Shown: piece after piece, positions 1-7,715 of the stretch | Numbering within the stretch: position 1 is the stretch's first letter | Layout: each line of letters starts with the position of its first letter | Sequence record: SRR20825019_2807 | Strand: one strand, 5' to 3' | DNA length: 43,375 nt | The notes under the pieces: generated by a model | Databases searched by the model: none | What the model saw: only the letters and a program-made list of their open reading frames with translations | Told to the model about the DNA's origin: nothing | Made by a program: the position numbers and the translations under genes

Positions 1-489
1 CCGCTCTCCGCGATCTGCACCGCGCAGCTCGGCAAACACGATTCGATCGTCGAACGCCGTGTGCGCATCGGCACCCTCCTCTGCTCGCTGCTCGCCGACA
101 CCCCCGGTCTCCTCGTGCCCGAGACCCACCCCGAAGATACGCATAGCTACTACAACATCTTCTTCCGGCTGGAACTCGATAAACTCACCGTGACTCGCGA
201 CGAAATTTACGCCGCTCTCCAAGCCGAAGGTGTCAATGCGCGGGAAGGCGGGCTCAGCCATCCAATCTACGCCTACGATCTGTTTCAAAATCACAACTTC
301 TACGCCGGCACCTGGCCCATCCGCGACCTCGGTCTCACCACGATGGATTACACCAAGGTCAGTTGCCCTGTCGCCGAAGCCTTCATCAAGGATTCCATCC
401 ACATGCCACTCAACGAAGCGCTCACTGAGTCCTACATCGAAAAAGTCGCCCACGCGATCAAGACCGTCCTCGCGCGTTACACGAAATAA
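1..489 (+). CDS. DegT/DnrJ/EryC1/StrS family PLP-dependent aminotransferase, C-terminal part (truncated by window edge)
   Basis: Frame open from base 1 (PLSAICTAQLGKHDSIVERR...); typical C-terminal motifs 'RDEIYAALQAEGV', 'CPVAEAF...IHMPL'. Confidence 0.8.
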   Translation, partial: PLSAICTAQLGKHDSIVERRVRIGTLLCSLLADTPGLLVPETHPEDTHSYYNIFFRLELDKLTVTRDEIYAALQAEGVNAREGGLSHPIYAYDLFQNHNFYAGTWPIRDLGLTTMDYTKVSCPVAEAFIKDSIHMPLNEALTESYIEKVAHAIKTVLARYTK

Positions 490-495
490 CTCGGA

Positions 496-569
496 GGAAG
501 GGCGAGACATCCCTCCAAGCCGTGCGTATCCCACATTATTTGCGGCTCATCTGGAAGGATCGCCCGACC
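496..569. repeat. Degenerate REP-like inverted repeat pair
   Basis: GGAAGGGCGAGACATCCCTCCAAGCCG (496-522) vs reverse complement of 543-569, about 17/27 identical; intergenic. Confidence 0.35.
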
Positions 570-625
570 TGTTAGAATCATTTCCATCTGCGCCACTCAG
601 CGTTCATTAGCGGTTTAACCACACC

Positions 626-1747
626 ATGTCTTCTTCCGAAAATACCCTCCCCGATCCTTCGCTCAACGGATTCCAGCATAACTCCGAAATTATCGTTCTG
701 GGCAATCAACAACACTGGGAGCTCCACCCCACCGATGAAGCGCTCTCGTTTCGCAGCGTCGAACGCACTACCAGCGGAATCGGTCTCGTGCTCACCTTCG
801 CCACCTCATTTGAGTTCGGATCACTGGAAGTCACCGAGGAAGGTCCGGGCATGGTTCGCACTGAGGGACCGGTGATGACAATCTCGTTTCCGAATGAGGA
901 TTCCCTCGAACATCAACACCACACGATCACGGTCACGGCCCTTTCCTCCACCGGAGAACGCACGGATCCCTATCAGATCAAACTCCATTATGCCTCCAAG
1001 GCCCGCGATCTGACTTTCGGCCGCACGACCACGCACAACCGCGTAATCGTCAAGGAGACCGATCTCAAACTGAGCTATTCCTTCGTCCAGGATTGGATTA
1101 TCGACATTCCCACTGATGCAGACCGCGACTATGCACAAAAAGTTTGGGGGGATCTCATTGCGACCGACGCCGCGCCCTACACCCGCGCCCGCGTGATCGC
1201 CCGCGCCGTGATGGATGATTTCGAATCGCAACGCGGCACCCCCTCCGATGCGATGAATCTCCTGCATCCGTTTCGACAACACGAGCGGATTCTTGCCAAG
1301 ATCGATCACGGTTGGTGCGCCAATCTCAGCGAAGTGCTTTGCCACGCGCTCAACAGCCTCGACATCCCGGCTCGCCTCGTGCGCATGCGCAACACCTACC
1401 ACCAAGCGGAATCCGAAGCCCCGGGGCACAACTTCGAAGTTCTTCTGGCCGGCGGACACACCATCGTCGAAGTCTTTGATCGCACCCTCCAGCAATGGCT
1501 CTGGATCGATCCGAGCCAGCGCCAGCTTGGTTGCCGCGATGGCGGCGGACACTACCTCAGCCTCGCAGAAATTCATCAACGCGTAAACATTCCCGCCCAA
1601 GCCGAAGCCCTCGCCCTCGACCGCTACGATCCCACCACGGGAGTAGAATTCACGGACGCTTTCGCCGACAGCCCCGTGCGCCCCAACATGCTCCACTACG
1701 CCAAACGCGAACAGCGCTTCTACTACTTTAAGCGACGCGACGCGTAA
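626..1747 (+). CDS. Transglutaminase-like domain protein
   Basis: Putative Cys-His-Asp triad: GWCANLS...DIPARLV...GHTIVEV...WLWIDPS. Confidence 0.7.
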   Translation: MSSSENTLPDPSLNGFQHNSEIIVLGNQQHWELHPTDEALSFRSVERTTSGIGLVLTFATSFEFGSLEVTEEGPGMVRTEGPVMTISFPNEDSLEHQHHTITVTALSSTGERTDPYQIKLHYASKARDLTFGRTTTHNRVIVKETDLKLSYSFVQDWIIDIPTDADRDYAQKVWGDLIATDAAPYTRARVIARAVMDDFESQRGTPSDAMNLLHPFRQHERILAKIDHGWCANLSEVLCHALNSLDIPARLVRMRNTYHQAESEAPGHNFEVLLAGGHTIVEVFDRTLQQWLWIDPSQRQLGCRDGGGHYLSLAEIHQRVNIPAQAEALALDRYDPTTGVEFTDAFADSPVRPNMLHYAKREQRFYYFKRRDA

Positions 1748-1835
1748 GAATAACTAGGCGACCATTCGCCTTCTGAATACAACCAGATATTTTTATGAGG
1801 CTAATGGCTCTGGTTTTTGAGAGAACTAACCCTCA

Positions 1836-2564
1836 TCAGCCCTTCTCAGCCCGTCGTTTGTTGATATGCATTTGGATCTCCGGGAAGTAATCCGTGACAA
1901 TCCGGTCTTTAACAGCAGTGAGATCCTCGACGCCATAGCGCTCCTGTAATTGAGGGATGGAACCGATATATTTTTCGGGTCTTTTCCCATCAAGGTAAGC
2001 CTTGAGGTAAACTTTGCCGGTCTTTCCCAATTTGGGTTTGATGATGCAATAAACCTTGTAGGGAATCGTCTCGGGCGAACTTTTTACCGGAGACTTGGTG
2101 TGCCGGGCTTTGACTTTTTGAGCATAGGTTTTGCCACGCTCAAACTGTTCCCGAAAGAGGGTTTTCATCTTTCCGGGTTCGAAATCAAGCAGCGTGCCAC
2201 CGTTTTCAAAATGCCGGATGAAGACGTGGCCGACTGCGTAGGTGGTGCCGCCCGCGGCAACGGATAGAGATATCCCGCCCAAGACCGATCCCAAACCGGG
2301 CAACGCTTTGAGCAGGCTCGCGGCCAGTGCCCCCGAGGTTACTCCGCCCAGCAGGGCCGAAACGAGTGATTTGGCCCGTGATTCCGCAAAAGGTTTCCCA
2401 TAGAGAGCCGATATCTCAGCCAGCATCTTCAGCTGCACCCCGGTCACCGCGGCGATATCGACCAAAGGCACCGGAATAATCCCCGCTCCGGCCGCCAATG
2501 GCACATAGGTGCGCTCCACCAAACGGGTGGCGGCAGCCTGTGGAGTGACGGATTGGTCTGGCAT
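1836..2564 (-). CDS. DUF697/YcjF-like protein with basic C-terminal extension
   Basis: 'GIIPVPLVDIAAVTGVQLKML..IS..YG' and 'TYAVGHVFIRHFENGGTLLDF' motifs; ATG at 2564 preferred over the upstream alternative start at 2636. Confidence 0.8.
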   Translation of the reverse strand: MPDQSVTPQAAATRLVERTYVPLAAGAGIIPVPLVDIAAVTGVQLKMLAEISALYGKPFAESRAKSLVSALLGGVTSGALAASLLKALPGLGSVLGGISLSVAAGGTTYAVGHVFIRHFENGGTLLDFEPGKMKTLFREQFERGKTYAQKVKARHTKSPVKSSPETIPYKVYCIIKPKLGKTGKVYLKAYLDGKRPEKYIGSIPQLQERYGVEDLTAVKDRIVTDYFPEIQMHINKRRAEKG

Positions 2565-2661
2565 GGGATCAGTGAGCCCGGGTTTGGTTGGCACAGCAGG
2601 CTCGGGAACAGCGGTCAATTTTCGCACCGGAAACACCGGAGGTTAAAGATCGCCCGAGGCT

Positions 2662-2698
2662 AAAACAAAAAAGCTGGATCAAGCAAAGTTGATCCAGC
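2662..2698 (-). terminator. Intrinsic terminator between the small membrane-protein gene and the distal DUF697 gene
   Basis: Perfect 10-bp stem GCTGGATCAA/TTGATCCAGC (2673-2698), followed on the minus strand by TTTTTTGTTTT. Confidence 0.75.
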
Positions 2699-2729
2699 GT
2701 AAAGCTGCTTTCGCCGTGAAGGGCGGGGG

Positions 2730-2909
2730 TTACGCCACCGAGTCGCTCTTACCGTTGCAACAACCCTGAGCCAACAGAACAATAACCCCAACGATGGGCG
2801 TTAGAATGAGGGAGACAAAGAAGTTTCCCCAAAATCCGAATTTGCGATCTTTACCAAGGTAACCCAAGAGGGATGCGAGGAGGACGAGAACAATGATGGA
2901 GGATGTCAT
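2730..2909 (-). CDS. Small 59-aa two-TM membrane protein (absent from ORF track)
   Basis: Hand translation: MTSSIIVLVLLASLLGYLGKDRKFGFWGNFFVSLILTPIVGVIVLLAQGCCNGKSDSVA*; co-oriented, starts 35 bp after the DUF697 stop; two hydrophobic segments around a basic loop. Confidence 0.8.
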   Translation of the reverse strand: MTSSIIVLVLLASLLGYLGKDRKFGFWGNFFVSLILTPIVGVIVLLAQGCCNGKSDSVA

Positions 2910-2944
2910 AGCAGTATGGTTATGGTTGAGTTTGGATGAATGGG

Positions 2945-3484
2945 TTATTTCCGGTTTGGAAGTTTGTCTTTGAGTTCGGTGGCCACTTTTTTGCCTTCAT
3001 CAAAGACTTCGCGGTAGTAGGCCTGTGCCTTCTTCGCATCGAATGTCAGAAAGGTGCCGCCGGATTCAAAATGCTGAATAAAAACTTTGCCCACGGCATA
3101 GGTGCTGGCTCCGGCAAAGACGGGCACCATCACCAGTCCGGCGACCGAACCTACGACCGGGATTGATTTCAGAAGACTGGCTCCCCACAAACCGGCCGAG
3201 ACGCCGCCGAAGCCACCGACCAAAGAACCCAGGACGTTTTTGACCGAGGTCGATTCAAAGGGCACCTCATAGAATTTCGCCAATTCCGTCAGGAGCTTCA
3301 ACTGCACACCGGTAATCGCGGCGACATCAAACATCGGCACCGGAACCACGCCGCCCGCCATCGCGTAAACAATATGCCGGCGGACCAATTGCTCGGCGTT
3401 GACCACGCCATTCGTTTCTTCTGCAGCGGACGCAGTAGCAAGGGTCGTATTCTCTTTGGATTCTTTTTTTGAGGTAGTTGCCAT
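2945..3484 (-). CDS. DUF697/YcjF-like protein
   Basis: 'GVVPVPMFDVAAITGVQLKLL' and 'TYAVGKVFIQHFESGGTFLTF'; paralogue of 1836-2564. Confidence 0.85.
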   Translation of the reverse strand: MATTSKKESKENTTLATASAAEETNGVVNAEQLVRRHIVYAMAGGVVPVPMFDVAAITGVQLKLLTELAKFYEVPFESTSVKNVLGSLVGGFGGVSAGLWGASLLKSIPVVGSVAGLVMVPVFAGASTYAVGKVFIQHFESGGTFLTFDAKKAQAYYREVFDEGKKVATELKDKLPNRK

Positions 3485-3566
3485 AACGGTGTTGGGACGA
3501 GGTCTGATTGATTCTGAGCTTGATAAACGCTGTGCCTTTACAGATCAATTGGCAAGAATAATAGTT

Positions 3567-3646
3567 TCATAACCTGCTGTTTATAATAAACTTATTATAC
3601 CACCAAAGATACCACCAAAACCGCCCTGGGACTATTCTTTGGTGGT
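3567..3646. promoter_or_regulatory. Operator-like motifs in the divergent DUF697/potD-like promoter region
   Basis: Palindrome TATAATAA-AC-TTATTATA (3582-3599); ACCACCAAA at 3599-3607 and 3611-3619, inverted at 3638-3646. Confidence 0.5.
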
Positions 3647-3724
3647 CCCGTTTGCCAATCCAAGCCACAGAAGTGTTTTGCCTTTTTACCCCGCCGCACG
3701 TTTCTTCAATCAATCAGTTTCTCC

Positions 3725-4888
3725 ATGAACTATTTACGCATTTCAGTCTCATTCATGACCGTCCTGCTTTTTGCAGGCTGCGGACCCGTTGTCGAAGTGA
3801 GCGACTCGAACGAGATCCAAGCCTATCTCCTCGCCAAACCGCCACCCAAGCCAGCCTCCCTGGCAAAAAATCTGCACCTGCTTGTGCGGGAGGGCAGCTT
3901 TCGGCCCGACGTATTGGATCATTTTGAGAAAGTCTACGGCATTACCCTGACAGTTGATACTTATCCGGACACTCATGGGATGCTCCCCAACGTAGCCCCT
4001 GATCTAACGGATTATGACTTGGTGATGCTGACCAATTACCAATTGGATCTGTATCTGCAGCACACCCAGTTCGCCACCCTGAACGCAACTAATATCCCCA
4101 ATTTGCAACAGATTGAGGTCCCGTTTCACGGACAGAAATACACCGCTAATCAGCCCTATTCCGTGCCCTTTGCCCAGGATGTCCTCGGGATGGCGTTTAA
4201 CATTCGTGAATTGAGCCATTTTCCCAGAACATGGAGTCTGCTCAAGGACAAGGAATCCCCTTCCCGACTAATAGGTAAAGTCGCGATACCGTCCACCCCG
4301 CGCCTCCTTTATGGTGCGACGATGATTCTGCTTAATCTCGACCCGAATTCGGTCAAACCGACCGATATCGCAAAAGCCACCGAATCCATCAAAACCTTGT
4401 CGGATTTCGAACCGGTCTTTGACGATGATGTTCATGAAGCCTTGGTGTCCGGGGACCTGCTCCTCGCATTGGATTACGGTTCAGATCTCAGTCGCGTCAT
4501 CGAACAGAACTCCAATATCCGCATGATCCTGCCCGAAGGTGGAGCGGTCGCGCGGGTGTTCACGCTGGCGGTGCCCGCCTCCTCGACCAAGCAGGAGACG
4601 GCGGAGTTTTTGATCAATTACCTGCTCATCCCCGAGGTCGCCGCCTCGAACACGAATTACAGTCACCTCGCTTCCACCATCCAGGAAGTGGGTCCCTACC
4701 TGGAATCACGCGTGCACAATGGCCCGGCCTATTTGCAACCTCCCTATGGCGACCGGTTGCACTCCCTCGCCCCGCTCGGATCCAACGAACAACTTTACGA
4801 GGACGCCCATGCGGCACTTAAGGTTTTCCTGGATAAGGAAAACCTTGAGCTATTCAGCGCCGGCAGCGGATCGGTCGACAGTGACTAA
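3725..4888 (+). CDS. PotD/PotF-like extracellular solute-binding lipoprotein (no cognate permease in window)
   Basis: Lipobox LLFAG-C; 'FEKVYGITLTVDTY', 'NIPNL', 'YSVPF', 'ILPEGG', 'AEFLINYLLIPEVAA'. Confidence 0.8.
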   Translation: MNYLRISVSFMTVLLFAGCGPVVEVSDSNEIQAYLLAKPPPKPASLAKNLHLLVREGSFRPDVLDHFEKVYGITLTVDTYPDTHGMLPNVAPDLTDYDLVMLTNYQLDLYLQHTQFATLNATNIPNLQQIEVPFHGQKYTANQPYSVPFAQDVLGMAFNIRELSHFPRTWSLLKDKESPSRLIGKVAIPSTPRLLYGATMILLNLDPNSVKPTDIAKATESIKTLSDFEPVFDDDVHEALVSGDLLLALDYGSDLSRVIEQNSNIRMILPEGGAVARVFTLAVPASSTKQETAEFLINYLLIPEVAASNTNYSHLASTIQEVGPYLESRVHNGPAYLQPPYGDRLHSLAPLGSNEQLYEDAHAALKVFLDKENLELFSAGSGSVDSD

Positions 4889-6004
4889 AGCCGGAGGCGA
4901 CACTTCATTATCCTGAGGCGGCGGGATATTGATCGCGCTATCAAAGCGCTCGATCTCGGGCAAATTACTCGTCTGCTTCTCACCCTTGGGCTCCTTCACA
5001 ACAGAGGGTGCCGGCGTGGTTGAAATCGGATCGTCGGGAAGATTCAGGATCAAAGGCAGCCCATCGCTCCCTCCTCCTACGATCACCACTTTCGCATTCT
5101 GCGAAGTCGCCAGTTGCAAAGTAGCCTCGATCCCACGGTAACGCAGGAATTTATCGAAGCTGCCCGCGGAGGCGACGGTTTCCTGGAAAACGCGAATACC
5201 TTCGGCTTCGATGCCACGCCGCTCGGCTTCCCGTTGCTCACGCTTGATCCGGTATTCATATTCCTTGGCGATCTCCTGTTGCTTAAGTTTGTTCTCAATC
5301 GACACCCGCACAATTTCGGGCAGCCGGATGCTCTTGATCAGGAGATCGTCCAAAACGATATTGCGATCGGCGACCTCACCCACCGCACCCTGAACGATTG
5401 TTTTCAGGATGAGACCCTCCGACTTGTAAATCTCCTCAGGCGTAAATTGACCGACAATCTCACGCACCTCGGCCTGGATTTCGGGTATGATGACTTTGTT
5501 CAGATAATCGGGACCGACATCCACATGCAGGACGGGCAATCGGGCGTAGCGCGGACGATAACGCACCGACACTTCGAAATCAATCGCCAGACCATCCTCC
5601 GAAAGAGCCTGAAAGGTGAAGGGCTTCTGCTGGAGACGGACATTGTAGAGATACATGATATCCCAAGGCCAAATGATATGGAAACCCTCTGCATAGATGT
5701 GCTCCAGATCGGTGCCTCCGCCAAAACGCTCCCAACGAACTCCCGCTTGACCGGAATGAATGGAAACAAAGATCCGCGGGTAAAAGGCCAATAGCAAAAA
5801 GGCGAACAGAAGCACCAACAAGACGATCGGTATCTTGGCCCGAGCCCAAAAATAGCGAATCCGTCCCTTGAGGACTTTAAAGAAACCGGGTTTGCGGGAG
5901 TGAGTATCAGCCCCCTTGGACCCGTCGCCGGATTCGCCCGGCACAGGTTGGGAAGATGGATCGCGCGAATCAGATGTCATTTTATCAAGGTTCTTGTCCA
6001 TCAC
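4850..6004 (-). CDS. SPFH/prohibitin (Band 7) family membrane protein
   Basis: N-terminal TM, 'EGFHIIWPW', 'SEDGL.I.FEVSVRYRP', coiled 'EQREAERRGIEAEG', 'GIEATLQLATSQNAKVVIVG'; start may be ATG 6001 or 5980. Confidence 0.9.
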   Translation of the reverse strand: MMDKNLDKMTSDSRDPSSQPVPGESGDGSKGADTHSRKPGFFKVLKGRIRYFWARAKIPIVLLVLLFAFLLLAFYPRIFVSIHSGQAGVRWERFGGGTDLEHIYAEGFHIIWPWDIMYLYNVRLQQKPFTFQALSEDGLAIDFEVSVRYRPRYARLPVLHVDVGPDYLNKVIIPEIQAEVREIVGQFTPEEIYKSEGLILKTIVQGAVGEVADRNIVLDDLLIKSIRLPEIVRVSIENKLKQQEIAKEYEYRIKREQREAERRGIEAEGIRVFQETVASAGSFDKFLRYRGIEATLQLATSQNAKVVIVGGGSDGLPLILNLPDDPISTTPAPSVVKEPKGEKQTSNLPEIERFDSAINIPPPQDNEVSPPALVTVDRSAAGAE

Positions 6005-6006
6005 AG

Positions 6007-7656
6007 CTAGGTATTAAAATGGTGGTGATGCTCCCCCGGAAGAAAGCGTCCATACTCCATTTTCAGGACACGGTCGGCGCAATGAAAATAGTGGTCGTCA
6101 TGGGTCGCGGCGATGACCGTCTTGCCCTGGGCTTTCAGCTCCGGCAGCAACGATTCATAGAATAATTTGCGAAAGCCGGGATCCTGATCGGCCGCCCATT
6201 CATCGAACAAATGGATCGGTTTGTCTTCGAGCAAGGAAAGGACCAGTGCGAGACGTTTACGTTGGCCGGTCGAGAGCTGCGGGTTGGAAATCAGGCCATC
6301 TTCGATACTGGTCTTGTCCTCCAGATCCGTGCGCTCCAACAAATCGGCCACGCGTTCCGGATCGAGCGCACCATAACCAAAGAGCCGGCTGAAGAGATGG
6401 AAGTCCGAGAAAATCGGCGAGAAGAGATCGCGGTAGGTCTGGGTGTCAGCCGCCCGAACCGGTCGATCATTCAGCAAGATCTGGCCCTGCTGGGGCTGAT
6501 AGAGTCCGCAAACGAGATTCAGAAAGGTCGACTTGCCACTGCCATTCCCGCCGACCACGAAAACGATTTCACCGGCCTTGAGATTAAAATCCATCGGGCC
6601 GACCTGAAACCCGGGACCATTGCCCTCCACCTGCGGATAGGCGAACTGGGCGCCGTCCATCTTGATTTCCTCGAAGACAGGAGCCTTCGAACGGGCCGTT
6701 CCCCGGGAAGCCTGCTGTGAAATACTGTTTTCGAGTTCCCGTTCCAATGCCGCAATATTCTGGATCGCCACGATGGCCCGGGAATGAAAGGGCATGATGC
6801 CAACGATTTCTCCCAATGGACCGATGATGAACAGCACTACCGCAGTGACCGGCAGCACCACCGCCGCATCCGTCTCGCTAAAATTGGGCAGCACAAAAAT
6901 CAAAGTAGCCAGGACAACGTAGAAAACTGCTTGGGCCGCGACATTGGCGATACTGAAGCGGCGTCCGGTGCGCACCTTGAGCTCCATCGTGTCCTGCGAG
7001 AGCTTCACCAAACCGTCGTCAAAAAATTCATCGGCGCGGCGCGAGTTAATCTTCAACTCCTTGAATCCGTAGAGGAGATCGTTGAGCGCACTGAAAAACT
7101 CCGTTTCTTTTCCGGAGGCCTCCTCCAGCTCGCCCATGCTGGTTTTGCGGAGCTGATTATAGAAAAAGGCTCCGGCGATAAAAATACCGACAATAATAAA
7201 GAAAGCCTTGGTGGACAGACTCCAAACAAAGAAACCCGCCACGATCAGCATGACCGCATTGGATGAGGAACTCGTGATCAAGGCCGCCGCTTGCGAGATT
7301 GTCGCGGTGTCGGTGGTGAGCGGCCCCAACAGACGGGAGGGGCTCAATTTCTGAAATTCCGCATAGTCCGCCTGACGAACTTTCTGAGCGATCCGCATAC
7401 GGATCTTTTGGACCACCTCCTCAATGACTACTTGGGTTTCGATCAAAGTGTAACGGCGGGCCCACAGAAAGGCCCCGGCGCAGAGCAGGTATTTCCCCAG
7501 CCCGATGGCGTTGATCTCTCCCGGCTCAACTTCCCCGGCGACATCGATTACGATTTTCATCAGCAAGCCGCTCGTGATCCCGGCCACACTCATCATGATA
7601 ATGAGCCTGTGCCCGAAGCTCGATGACTCTCGCTTTAGAAATCGGAAAAACTCCAT
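6007..7656 (-). CDS. Cyclic-peptide export ABC transporter, PvdE/SyrD/YojI family (fused TMD-NBD)
   Basis: 'GFKELKINSRR', Walker A GGNGSGKST, 'FSDFHLF', signature LSTGQRKRLAL, family motif 'FDEWAADQDP'. Confidence 0.92.
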   Translation of the reverse strand: MEFFRFLKRESSSFGHRLIIMMSVAGITSGLLMKIVIDVAGEVEPGEINAIGLGKYLLCAGAFLWARRYTLIETQVVIEEVVQKIRMRIAQKVRQADYAEFQKLSPSRLLGPLTTDTATISQAAALITSSSSNAVMLIVAGFFVWSLSTKAFFIIVGIFIAGAFFYNQLRKTSMGELEEASGKETEFFSALNDLLYGFKELKINSRRADEFFDDGLVKLSQDTMELKVRTGRRFSIANVAAQAVFYVVLATLIFVLPNFSETDAAVVLPVTAVVLFIIGPLGEIVGIMPFHSRAIVAIQNIAALERELENSISQQASRGTARSKAPVFEEIKMDGAQFAYPQVEGNGPGFQVGPMDFNLKAGEIVFVVGGNGSGKSTFLNLVCGLYQPQQGQILLNDRPVRAADTQTYRDLFSPIFSDFHLFSRLFGYGALDPERVADLLERTDLEDKTSIEDGLISNPQLSTGQRKRLALVLSLLEDKPIHLFDEWAADQDPGFRKLFYESLLPELKAQGKTVIAATHDDHYFHCADRVLKMEYGRFLPGEHHHHFNT

Positions 7657-7715
7657 CGCACGACAGAACGGGAAATCTACCGCAAGGTCACGTAGGAAGT
7701 GCGTTAATAATCAGC

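Noticed and set aside
821-1696. Long antisense ORFs (also 5114-5794, 9066-9869, 18491-19603, 32571-33608, 38300-39058)
   Set aside because: They are shadow frames of well-supported genes, expected in GC-rich DNA, and carry no recognisable motifs.
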